DNA from: Octopus sinensis
Taxonomy: Eukaryota
Length of the DNA stretch: 64,000 nucleotides
NCBI RefSeq assembly: GCF_006345805.1
Contig: NC_042998.1
Location: forward strand, 173,910,001-173,974,000
Direction: 5' to 3'
The notes beneath the pieces are model-generated. The model worked only from the letters and a program-made list of their open reading frames with translations. It did not search any database and had not been told where the DNA came from. Position numbers and translations under genes: made by a program. Shown one piece after another: positions 1 to 12,368 of this stretch (positions are counted from its first letter, which is position 1; each line of letters opens with the position of its first letter).

Positions 1-200
1 TTTGCTGTAGCCCATCTTTTATACCAAGACAAAACAATGTACATGATAACACTTCCAATCAATTAAGATCAGAAGCCATGAGAGCCACTGCCTGGTACTG
101 CATCAGGGCATTTATTATTATTATTATTATTATCATTATTATTATTGTTATTACTATTATTATCGCCATTATCTTTATCATCATCATCATCATTAGTTGT
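1..200 (+). repeat. End of an unclassified interspersed repeat followed by a (TTA)n/(TCA)n tail
   Basis: Unique sequence to about 110, then (TTA)n. The first 10 nt (tttgctgtag) equal the last 10 nt of the repeat at 49468-49884, suggesting one family. The family assignment is partly from recall. Confidence 0.4.
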
Positions 201-420
201 TTGTTATTCATGTGGGTTAATCAGTGTAAGCAAGAGGGATTTTCTTTCAGTGATATTAATACTGGATTCATAAGTTGCCACCATATTTGTAAAGGTCAAG
301 GTTTTGAATACATACTCTGTGATAAAAGGATTAAAATCTTTGATGTCTTAGGAAATTTTAGCACAGCTTGTACAAACATATGCACACATGCATGCATATG
401 CATGTATATGTACATATATG

Positions 421-1756
<1,336 letters not shown>

Positions 1757-2507
1757 TTTATTCTTTTATCTTTAGCTCCTGAAAAATTGAGCCTTCGCAT
1801 ATCCTGTCATATCAATCAATGAATTCGGCCTCAAATTAATTGCGTATGAAAGGAAATCTTTCATGTTTCCTGATAAATCTACCCTATGAACGGGAAAATT
1901 ATGATATGAGGATGACTTATTTGATATCTCTATAAGAGCATATGATGGCGTATGTGTGAATGTGTTAGGAAGCACACATCCTGCATAAACATAAACTTAT
2001 CTATGCATGAGGTGTATTTGCGATCGGGAAATTGAAAGAAATGTTTGAAAGCATTAAAAACAGGATAACAATGAATAGAGTAGTCTATCATGTCAAGATA
2101 ATTTACCTATTCCTTAGAAATCTCAGCTTTTATCTAGTTATTATCAAATGTGTTCGATGAAATACTTAACCGCTCCTCTCCACATCGCGCAAAAGGAGAT
2201 ATGATTTCTAACATTAAATATGAATTTTCCAGTATTAATATTATACCTAAATATTATATCTGTTAGGTTATTAAGAAGTGTCGGAAATCAGTAGAAGTCT
2301 AAAGATTGATTAAGCCACATCTGATATCTTTCCTAATATGTAACATTGAAATGATTAATTTCAATGCTATTTGGGTTATCTCGGTCCTAGTATTATCACT
2401 CTGCTCGCCTTCCTCACTATGAATATTGATTTCTAGTTAGTTAGATATATCTGAATGCTGATTCTTCGTCAATAACGGCAATATCAAATGGAACAAAAGT
2501 GTAAGAA

Positions 2508-2905
2508 ATATTGGGTTGAAATTTTGGCACAAGGCCAGGAATTTTGGGGAAGGTACTAGTCGATTACATAGACCCTAGTGTTCAACTGGCACTTATCGAC
2601 CACCGAAAGGATGAAAGGCAAAGTCGACGTCGGTGGAATTTCAACCCAGAGCGTGCAGACAGACAAAATACCTATTTCTTTACTACCCACAAGGGGCTAA
2701 ACACAGAGGGGACAAACAAGGACAGACAAACGGATTAAGTCGATGATATCGACCTCAGTGCGTAACTGGTACTTACTTAATCGATTCCGAAAAGATGAAA
2801 GGCAAAGTCGACCCCGGCGGAATTTGATCTCAGAACGTAACGGCAGACAAAATACCGTTAAGGCAATTTGCCCGGTGTGCTAACGATTCTGCCAGCTCAC
2901 GGCCT
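2508..2905 (-). mobile_element. tRNA-derived SINE, dimeric (two core units)
   Basis: Reverse complement of the family at 63109-63907. It has a head (gagctggcagaatcgttagcac) and two copies of the core ggtcgactttgcctttcatcctttcgg about 185 bp apart. Confidence 0.85.
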
Positions 2906-3913
2906 TAAGTGTGAGAAATGCATTAGGTACGACTCACACCTTCAGTGGTATAAAACCTAAAATTACGAAATATTTCAATAAAACCATTTCAGTTCAAAAT
3001 AATAGACGTCTGATGTATTTTAATCTTCTAAAATGGCATACAATTATACCAATGGGAACAATTGTTCGGAGAAATAATCTTTACTTGTAGAAATTTTTAA
3101 ACTTAAAATCACATCAAGCCTGTGATTATAAAAGACGGTGTTGTATTTAAATTAACACAATGAGTTATCGAAAGAGCAAAAGTTGCTCTACCTACTAGAA
3201 AAAGCTGAATTAGCCTCAAAATAAGATCCCAGCATCTTAAAAATTACATATTCCTGAAAAGACTGCGCGATCATAGATGAAATACCATACGTTTTACCTT
3301 TACTCGATCTGGAAAAATTTCTTCACAGCATACACCAATATAATCTGAGTCTACACCTTCTAAAGTGTATTTGGCGAAAATCTCATTAAAAAGATAGACA
3401 TTTTACTGGAAATTATGTGAAAGAAAGCTGGGTGGGGACTCACATGTCTAGGTATGCCAAGGGATGAAATATTAATTCTTAGTAAAAGGCCGGCAAAGCA
3501 ACAGTTAAACATGTAAAATTTAGGACAGGAAATATTGAAAAGCAGTTAACAGAAGGCGGATTTTATGTTAAAAACAATATTGAATAAATGAATATTAAAT
3601 AATAAAAAGAGAAGCGAATAAATCATATGTTGTAAAAGAAGTTGTAAAGATATTCGAACATGCAATGTTTGCCAAACAGAAATTCAAATGACAGGTTTGT
3701 TGTGTTCGCGCATGTGCATAAACTATAGCCCGGTCATGAACGCATCGCTCCTGCCAGCATCTCATTGCGTATGCATGAACGGAAGTTTCTAAAGAACATT
3801 TATTTTTAAAATTATATTGAAGATACAGACACACAACCACCCATACATCAATCAATACACACACACCCACACTCATGTACATAAGTATCCATAAATATAT
3901 GTATATATATATA

Positions 3914-3964
<51 letters not shown>

Positions 3965-3966
<2 letters not shown>

Positions 3967-4345
3967 CAAGATAAGAAAATGGAGAAATACATCTAAATCA
4001 AATATCAATTACCAGATAATACTCGATCACATACTTTAGTAAACCACCACATAAGAGACTGTAGGGTTAAACATAAAAAAGCAGAACAAATCAGTGTACA
4101 TAAAGGAATGTACATAAAAAAGTGTACATAAAAGAGTAATGTTGTATAATAAGTAGAATATATATAAAAAAGAGAATATGAATATAAGTAAATATAAATA
4201 TAAGTATAGATTACATCTTACAGCTGTTTCGGCCATGTAGATAAATATGTCTCATTTTACCAATATTAGCCTTTTATGGTAGGTCAATATATAGATATAA
4301 ATGAGACATTTACAAAAATATCATAAGGCCTCCTCGGAGATATAC
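3965..4345 (-). mobile_element. PLE pseudo-LTR-like unit carrying an HHR and ending at (TA)n
   Basis: HHR motif at its 5' end; the 3' end abuts the (TA)n tract at about 3895-3962. Confidence 0.6.
4215..4341 (-). ncRNA. Type I hammerhead-like motif with variant core CCGAGGA and a 100-nt stem II
   Basis: Minus strand: AUCU-CCGAGGA-GGCC...(100 nt, containing an AUGUCUCAUUU/AAAUGAGACAU helix)...GGCC-GAAAC-AGCU-GUA-AGAU. Stems I, II and III all pair; stem III is palindromic. Confidence 0.75.
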
Positions 4346-5488
4346 ATATACATATGAGTGCATATACTCACACTTCTATACATATAAAAATATACATATA
4401 CATAATAATGTAAATAAATAATATAAATTAGTAAACATATATATGTTCCATATTCAATGTTTCAGTTCTTCAACTTAATATTGTGATAATAAACATACAC
4501 ATATTAGTACCTAGATGCAAATATACATAGTCAATAGTACATCATATTACTTCCTACTAATTTCCAAAGTGTCATTAAAGTTAGCATCATTATCGTTGTC
4601 AATACCATTAATGCTACCATTATTATCATTCATAATATTATTAATAACGCTTACATTAGGATCTGAAGTGGCACATATGTATGTCCGGGTTCCAGTTAGT
4701 AATTTTCCTTATGATATAAATACACTATTGGATTTGAATTTAAATTATCATTGTCTTCCTCAGGATTGGTCCGTTGAGAGCCGCCCGACCTCCACCACAC
4801 CGCACAAGAAAAACATACACATCCAACCCTAAACCCACACGTCCACATAAAAACCCACACACACATGCACACACACACATGAATACACCCCGACACATCC
4901 CTACACATTCACTAGATTACAGAGTGCATGTCTGTCATCGCATGGCTTATAGACAAATCAGTACAGGCAGCAGTGTCTATACACTAACACACACACTCAC
5001 ACGCACATCCGCATATACTCATAAATATTAATACACTCTCATATACTGTATCAGGGAACATTCGCAGACACATATATACATATTTATATATATGTCTGCG
5101 CACTCATACGTACAAATAAAACCTATACTTATATCCTCCCATGAATAAACATTTGCATATACATATATACATATCCAAATACGCACCTGCGTACTCATAT
5201 GTATAAGAAAAACATACATCTGTACATCCACCCACGAACATACCTATACGTACAAAAACATACATACGTACACATACACATTTTCACACACCTCGACACC
5301 TCAACCCACAAACACTAAATCATAAATTAAAATATATGTCTGCCCATCCAAAGACGTATATATACATACACAAAAAGTAAACAGAAGTTACTATTAACTT
5401 AGATATAAGTTCATTAATTATAAATTAAATTAAATTGATTATAAGTTAGTAAGTGCCAAATAAACAAAAATAAATAATTAAATAAATA

Positions 5489-5573
<85 letters not shown>

Positions 5574-5574
<1 letters not shown>

Positions 5575-6257
5575 TGAGAAAGTTGGTGTGTGAAAGCACG
5601 TGGTTGAATATATAGAAAATAGTAAAAAGTGAAAAAACTACAGAAGGCTTGTTTTAAAAGGTTAAAAAATATATATTTGAGTCATTATGTCTGAAAAATA
5701 TTATAAATGTTTTTCATACAATGACATAGTTTTTGAAGAAATTTTTAATATTCATTTGATGTGTGTTGTTTATTGTGGGATTTGTTAATGAAAATTGAAT
5801 TTAGTGTTGTGTATAACAGTTGTAAATCCTTACTAACCTGGTCAGTGTAGCGAGTTGTATCTTCACTGCTTTTACTTTCCCGGGCGAGTAGGTTTGAGTC
5901 CTCTATTTTGTTGTTTAAGGTAATGAGCTGTGCATTAATACTTTTAAGTTCTTTAAGTATATCCTCATTTGTAGTTTTATCCGAGGCATTGGTCTTCTGT
6001 GGCATTTTCGGTCTCACGTGTTTAATATATAAGTGAGAAAGTTGGTGTGTGAAAGCACGTGGTTGAATATATAGAAAATAGTAAAAAGTGAAAAAACTAC
6101 AGAAGGCTTTTTAAAAGATTAAAATTTCTTCAAAAACTATGTCATTGTATGAAAAAAATATATAACATTCTTCAGACATAATGACTCAAATATATATTTT
6201 TTAACCTTTTAAAACAAGCCTTCTGTAGTTTTTTCACTTTTTACTATTTTCTATATA
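5574..6257 (-). mobile_element. Small PLE-like module: direct repeats flanking a small ORF, plus an inverted repeat copy
   Basis: 5574-5650 = 6033-6109 (77 bp identical direct repeat). 6121-6257 is a slightly diverged inverted copy of about 5609-5745. The left end abuts (TA)n. A direct plus inverted LTR arrangement is typical of Penelope-like elements. Confidence 0.65.
5745..6005 (-). CDS. Short (86 aa from ATG) predicted coiled-coil protein inside the repeat-flanked module
   Basis: MPQKTNASDKTTNEDILKELKSINAQLITLNNKIEDS... is not low-complexity and shows heptad-like hydrophobic spacing. The ORF fills the space between the direct repeats. Confidence 0.4.
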   Translation of the reverse strand: MPQKTNASDKTTNEDILKELKSINAQLITLNNKIEDSNLLARESKSSEDTTRYTDQVSKDLQLLYTTLNSIFINKSHNKQHTSNEY

Positions 6258-6977
6258 TATATCCATGTATAGATAAATAGATAAATAAAATGGAATACAA
6301 ATTAAGAAGAGCACAAAGATAAACCTAATATAGAAAATATAAGTGGATACGCCGAAATGCACCCACATGCACATACATGTGCATGCACGCCCCCGCACGG
6401 ACACGCGAATTCATGGCTGAGCCCACACGCACACACGATCACCGAGATGTACACCAGAACACGCGTACAAGTACACGCGAATGTCCGCAAACGCAGCGCG
6501 CGAGAGTGCACACGTTGATGCACATGCGCGGACGCGCTCGCGCATGCATGCGCGGGCGCACAAACTCCGGTGCAGCGCCACCCGATCCCACGCTTGTGCA
6601 GCAGAGTTACAATAACCCCCAACAAACCAACCGTACAAAAAAAATACAAAAAAACCTTATATGCTCATCGGGATAAACAACTTATACTAATTATAGACTC
6701 TCACATATTACATATTGGTATAGCAAAAACTCAAACTAGTACCCTAAGATATGATGCGCTTATACACCCTACACAGATAAAAGACTCTGTGGGGTTCTGA
6801 ATATCATGTATATATCAGAATAACTATATATTTTTGTATATTTTTCAGTCGGGACAGAAACAATCAATATAGAATACACACATGGAGACACAAAGTTATA
6901 AATTATAAATTGTAAGGACCAATAGTACAGTCCTATATAGAGGAATGCTAATAGATTACTGGTAGAAGAATTAGATG

Positions 6978-8048
6978 TTATTTAAATCTAGAGAAAGTGT
7001 ACGCTAATTCGTGAAGGCAAAAAAAATTTCGCTCATTAATGCTGTTAATAATGGGTTGGCCGGCTTTGATGATGAAGAAGATTTCATTGATACATAAAGA
7101 GCATTTTTTATTTCTACTATTGTATACAGGTGCAGATGTTAGTATTTCCCATTCTAATTTAAAATCTATGTTTTTACTCTTGAGTTCCCAGATATACGTA
7201 CTTAACCCCGTAGAGTTCATCCTATTTTTATTTTTAAAAGTATATCTGTGATAGTTTAGCCGTTGTTTTATACTATTTTTAGTCGCACCAATGTACACCC
7301 TGCTATTGTATTGTGTATTTACAGTGCATTGGTAAACCACCTCTCTCCTCAGGCATTTATTACCAAACACACATTGATTCTTGCTTCTGCAATTGCAGCC
7401 ATTATCAGATTGTGGAGATTCAACCCTGGCAGAACTCCCCGTAGCCCTATTCCTGTTGATATTATTGCACTTATTTTCACTACTACCCATGTTTATCTTT
7501 CTATCATTATAGAAGCAATCTAATTTCTTGTTGAAGGAGGAGATGATGGTGGCTAGATTATTTGTGATACTATGTCCTATTCTAATAGTTCTTTTGTTAA
7601 TTATTTGGCTATATTTATTCTTACCCTTAGTAAATAGTCTATATATTACTTTATGTATTGTTCTGACTATATCCGTTTTAATCTGCATTGCATATGGTAT
7701 TATTAGCCATAGTGTATCGTCATCACTATGTGGATTACTCCTCAAATTGTTATTTTGGGGAAAAACCATATTACTCTTCCAACCCATATGTTTTCTATTC
7801 TTAGTATTGTCAATATAATGCCTAGAAATCCACTTTGGATTGGTTTTATTACTGACTTTATTGTTATTCTTATTCTTATTATTATTATTGTTTAGATGAA
7901 CTCCACTATTGCCATATATATTATCAATGTTACTATGCCTATTGTTGATATCCCTACAACAAGGCATTCGTATTGCATTATATATATATATATATATATT
8001 AGAAGAAATGAGGTACACAGAAATCTTGATGGTTTTATATTTACACAT
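6978..8048 (-). CDS. Penelope-like element C-terminal ORF: linker + GIY-YIG endonuclease, no RT domain
   Basis: Open 356-aa frame with the PLE linker (LWLIIPYA...IINKRTIRIGHS..NN...II), CNCR....C.....C, VVY...YIGAT, KQR...H, LSTYIWELK, WEIL, CSLC..E and the C-terminal N/C/H motifs. The first ~23 codons lie in or beyond a (TA)n tract at about 7979-7998, so the element is probably 5'-truncated there. Confidence 0.85.
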   Translation of the reverse strand: MCKYKTIKISVYLISSNIYIYIYNAIRMPCCRDINNRHSNIDNIYGNSGVHLNNNNNKNKNNNKVSNKTNPKWISRHYIDNTKNRKHMGWKSNMVFPQNNNLRSNPHSDDDTLWLIIPYAMQIKTDIVRTIHKVIYRLFTKGKNKYSQIINKRTIRIGHSITNNLATIISSFNKKLDCFYNDRKINMGSSENKCNNINRNRATGSSARVESPQSDNGCNCRSKNQCVFGNKCLRREVVYQCTVNTQYNSRVYIGATKNSIKQRLNYHRYTFKNKNRMNSTGLSTYIWELKSKNIDFKLEWEILTSAPVYNSRNKKCSLCINEIFFIIKAGQPIINSINERNFFCLHELAYTFSRFK

Positions 8049-8944
8049 ATTTATTAATATGTCACGTTTTTATAAATCATATATTAGCGCTTGCGTCCAT
8101 TCTAGTGGAGTCGTTAGATTGAACTTTTCAAAATTTTGTCTGTTTTTATAGTATTATAGTATTATTGAGGGATATAAGATAGTACAAGGGGGTGAGAAAT
8201 GGGAAGAAAGTGGGAGAGAGTGTGTGTGGGGGTGGGGGTGTATATGTGTGTGTGTGCATGTGTATCTGAAAGGAGTGTCAATGGAAAAGAGAAGGAAAGG
8301 AAGGAGGCGAGAAAGAAGAAAAAATGTATTGACATCTTTGCAGCCGGTCAGTCTTTCAATAGTAAATGATTCTTGGCTTTTAGAAATGGCAAACCCAGCT
8401 GGTCACTTCAAGAAGGGTAAAATGATATTTTTCAAAAAATTGTCTGGATTTATTTTTATCATTGTCTTGTGAGAGTGTGTGTGTGTATGTGCGCGTGTGT
8501 GTGTAGGTGTCTACACGCGCACATACACACGAATTAAAGCTGGCGTGTGTGGAAGTAAAGCTTTACGGCAGGGATACAAGATTTCACAGGCACACGGAGG
8601 AATATAGATGTTGCTCGGATGGCGGCCGACCCATGAACAGTTAGGCTTGGCTGAACACCGGTCGCGTGGGGAGGGAAGAGAGAGGGTAGAGGTCGAGGGA
8701 GAGAAGAAATAAGGAGGGGCGAGAAAAAAGGACAGGGATACAATGAAGTGAAAAGTGGAGGGAAAGTGAGCATGAAGAGAAGGCAATGAAATGTGAGAGA
8801 AGGGGAACGGAAGAACGAAGAGTGGAATGAACGAAGTAAGTGGGAAAGGGATGATAGAAACAAGGAAAGAATAAAGGAATAGAGTCGTACAAGATTTAGG
8901 TAAATATATACTTACATGTACGAAACCAAAGCGTATGTACGCCG

Positions 8945-8988
<44 letters not shown>

Positions 8989-9179
8989 AAAAAAAGGGGA
9001 CAAGAACGCAAAACACCCAGACAGTTAGGTGATACAAAAAGGAACAGCAAAACATTCAGATAGACGATAGAAAGAAAATAAGGAGGGGTCATTCAGAGTT
9101 TTCTTTCCTCAGTCGAGTTCTAGATTATCTCTGCAATTTCGGCTGTTTATACTGGAGATTACTCCAATCTGGGTAGCCC

Positions 9180-9368
9180 CCTGTGTCTGTTCCCCCAACA
9201 TCACGTAAACTACCGATGCTGGCGTGTTTACGTCCCCGTAACTTAGCGGTTCGGCAAAAGAGAATGATAGAATAAATACTAGGCTTACAAACAATAAGTT
9301 CTGGGGGTGATTTGCTCGACTAAAGACGGTGCTCTAGCAAGGCAGCTGTCAAATGACTGAAAAATAAG
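9180..9368 (+). mobile_element. 3' half of a SINE (family of 55533-56010)
   Basis: Shares ccgatgctgg...ccccgtaacttagcggttcggcaaaa...tttgctcgactaaag.cggtgctc..gca.ggc.g..gtcaaatgactgaaa with 55850-56000. Confidence 0.75.
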
Positions 9369-9481
9369 AACATATATACATCTTTGACTTCTGGCCGGAA
9401 TCAGATCGCCATGTTGATTCGCTAGCTTATGCATGCATTTTTTTTCTCTCCTTGTTTCTCTCCCTGTTTCTTTTCTGTGTA

Positions 9482-9519
9482 TCTTTCTGTTGAAGAGCGT
9501 AGGCTCGAAACGTAAAAGA
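9482..9519 (+). ncRNA. Minimal type I hammerhead motif with core CUGUUGA, in a PLE pseudo-LTR (about 9420-9620) ending at (TA)n
   Basis: UCUUU-CUGUUGA-A-GAGC-GUAG-GCUC-GAAAC-GU-A-AAAGA. Stem I is 5 bp, stem II is 4 bp, and stem III is palindromic ACGU. The downstream tcctgagcg motif is shared with the unit at 42070-42290. Confidence 0.8.
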
Positions 9520-10694
9520 CTTGTTTTATTTATATTCCTGAGCGCTATACTAATACTATTGTTTGTTTGTATTCCACCTGCCTTCGTCTTTTGTTTATTT
9601 TCATAAAGCTTCCCGTTATATATATATATGTATGTATGTATATACACACATACACACACACACACACACACATAAGCACAGACAAGCACAAACGCACTTA
9701 CAGACACACATACATATATAACATATGGATATTTGCATGTATACAGCCAATATGATGTGACACATCAATATGATGTGACACAAATGAATGCTTCTATGCA
9801 TATTCGTACATGCATATATATGCATGTGTGTGTAATGTATATATGCATACATGTAAGTATGATTATGTCTAAGGATAAATGTGTGTATATAAAAGGCCCT
9901 TGCGTGTGGATTCGCATTTATGATATCTTGCTAAGTTACCGAAACCATGACATAACTGTCTGCACAGCATAGTATATTTATCATTGTCAATAACAATTTA
10001 CAAATCTGCTTGTCACTACTTAACGATTTATAAATCGATGGAACTTACCAAGTTTAATTCCTTTGAGAAGAAATATATATTTTTAAAATTTTCTAAATAT
10101 GAAGAAACAATTTTCCTCCTTAAGAAAGTCGCTTAAAATATATTTATACCCATGAACACAAATAAATAAATAAATAAATAAATTGATAAATAAATAAATA
10201 AATACTAAGATTATTTGATTCTGCATCATTTTTGTGTTCTAGTTAAGCATAATTGATAACAACTATTTCAAGTGGTTTTGCCTTGAATTTTGTGTTTTCA
10301 CGTAATTTTTTTCTCTGTACGTTTTGTCATTAAGTTTTTTAGTGTTACATCACTTCGAAGTTAATTCAGAAAATAACGATTTCCGTTTTAAGACATTTTT
10401 GACATTTAAGTCAATAGCCTGTGTTTTTCTTTGGGAATTTCTTTTTCAAGAGACATGAAATGTTACTTACTGTTATTTGTATTGTATCTCGTGTCGCCGA
10501 TCGAGATAATTGACTGATAATGTTTGCCTTTGTGTCAGCGCAATATATGAAATGATGCAGACACTTGTTCGCTCTCCACCGTCATCCATCCCTTAATGAA
10601 TTTAGCATCTATTTTACAATCGCCAGGAAGGTTAACTGGAGACGTTTATCCACATACATATATACACACATACAATCTTGCATACATACATACA

Positions 10695-10754
<60 letters not shown>

Positions 10755-10802
10755 TATATATATATATACATATATACATATATATATATGTATGTATATG
10801 TA

Positions 10803-10859
<57 letters not shown>

Positions 10860-10914
10860 GTATGTATACAACATACATATATCCATATATGGATATATGC
10901 ATGCATACATACAG

Positions 10915-12085
10915 ATAACAACACAAAGGTTATCGGCCAAACGTTCCAGTGAAATCTTCTGTCAAATGTAAACATATGAGGTGGTATCAAAAAGTTCCCG
11001 GCATAGTTCTGTAGCGTGCCAACAGATAGCAGCACACGATTGCATGCACAATGAGAGCTAGCAGTGACTGTCATGAGGCATCGTGTGACATCACTGTGTT
11101 TATTTCGCAAGTTGTGATATTTGTGTTTTTTGTGATCATGCGTATGCTGTACTCTGCGATTTTTGTCATTGACATGAATTTTGAACAATGAACCAACATG
11201 AAATGTTGCGTTATACTTGGGAAGTCTGCTACAGAAACATTGAACATGCTTAGGCAAGATTATGGCAACAAAGCAATGCTCCCAGTGGGTCGTGAGTTTC
11301 TCATCAAAACCAACGTGGTATCGCTTCCACACCCAACCTATTTGCCAGATTTAGCACCTGCGGATTTCCATCCCTTCCTGAATATGAAAATGAAGCTCAA
11401 TGATTACCGTTTTAACACTGTTATCGAGATCAAGAGCGAATCACAGAAGGTCCTCGATTCGCTTACAACAAACGACTTCCATGCCGGGTTCCAAAAGTGA
11501 CAGGAATGATGGGAACGGGGTATTGCTGCGCAAGGTGACTATTTTGAAGGTGAAGATTTTAAAACTTAGGTAAATCAGTTACATTTCATTAAAAATATCT
11601 AGTCCGGGTACTTTTTGATATCATCTCGTAATAGGCCAGATATTGTTGTTTGGAACAGACAAGGAAAGTATGTACCGTCATAGAGGTCAAGTGCCCTGCT
11701 GATGCGAATAATTCTTCAAAAATCGAAGAGAAATAGGATAACAATGGACAAATGTTTTCAAACCTGTACCTTCTATATCCAGATTATAAATTCACATTTA
11801 TACCAGTTATAATTGGTGCACATTCTTTTCCGAGGAAATGCCTCTGTGACACTCGGATAAACTAATGTTTTCGAAAAAAGAAACAAGCCAGCTAATTCAC
11901 ACATCACAATCTATAAAAGGAACAGTAAAAATTTCAGTTTCAGATATGAATTTGTTTTTGTTACCTGCATTCAAGCGACGAAGTTTGTATCTTTGTATAA
12001 AGTGCTTAGGTTAGGGATAAGAAAATGTAGACAAATCTAGGTTTTCCTCGCTAAAACAAATAGAAAGTAAAAAATAAAACCTGCG
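10915..12085 (+). pseudogene. 5'-truncated R4/Dong-like LINE fragment (RLE domain + 3' UTR), split by a mariner insertion
   Basis: Removing 10977-11630 rejoins [25 protein letters not shown] ... VIEVKCPAD...FIPVIIGA (RLE motif PD..D/E.K). It is similar to 45990-46230. Confidence 0.75.
10977..11628 (+). mobile_element. Internally deleted mariner element with TA target duplication
   Basis: TIRs tgaggtggtatcaaaaagttcccgg / cgagatgatatcaaaaagtacccgg (21/25), with TA on both sides. ORF 11198-11500 fuses the N-terminal LGKSATET..ML...YG to the C-terminal HPTYLPDLAPADF (HPPYSPDLAP motif). Confidence 0.9.
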
Positions 12086-12337
12086 TTTTGACATTTTAAC
12101 CATAAATATTGCCGACTCAAGCCGAAATTATTCTTCAAGTTGCTACGATGGAATGCTGATTGATCCATTTATTTTAAAAGACGATGTTCTATTTTAGGGA
12201 GTAAGAAAAACACCAGTCTGCTGATTTTCCTGATATGTTTAATATTCCTTCAGGCCTCTTACCATAAGCCTGACAAAGCCATGAGCATCAATTGCCGATT
12301 TTCTTTTAATCGGTTTCATGACCACCCTAGGAATATG

Positions 12338-12368
<31 letters not shown>

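Noticed and set aside
1-112. Possible HDV-like ribozyme on the minus strand of the terminal repeat
   Set aside because: I could not build the nested double pseudoknot by eye; it would need an RNAMotif or Infernal search.
4690-4765. CUGAGGA ... GAAA on the minus strand
   Set aside because: Closing pairs of stem II and stems I/III do not form; likely chance.
7039-8151. Plus-strand ORFs 7039-7251, 7263-7523, 7528-7818 and 7909-8151, and minus-strand ORFs within 38112-41256
   Set aside because: Antisense shadows of the GIY-YIG and Dong ORFs, with no motifs of their own.
9085-9110. CUGAGGA-AA-GAAAAC on the minus strand
   Set aside because: Stem II is absent; at best a deleted relic.
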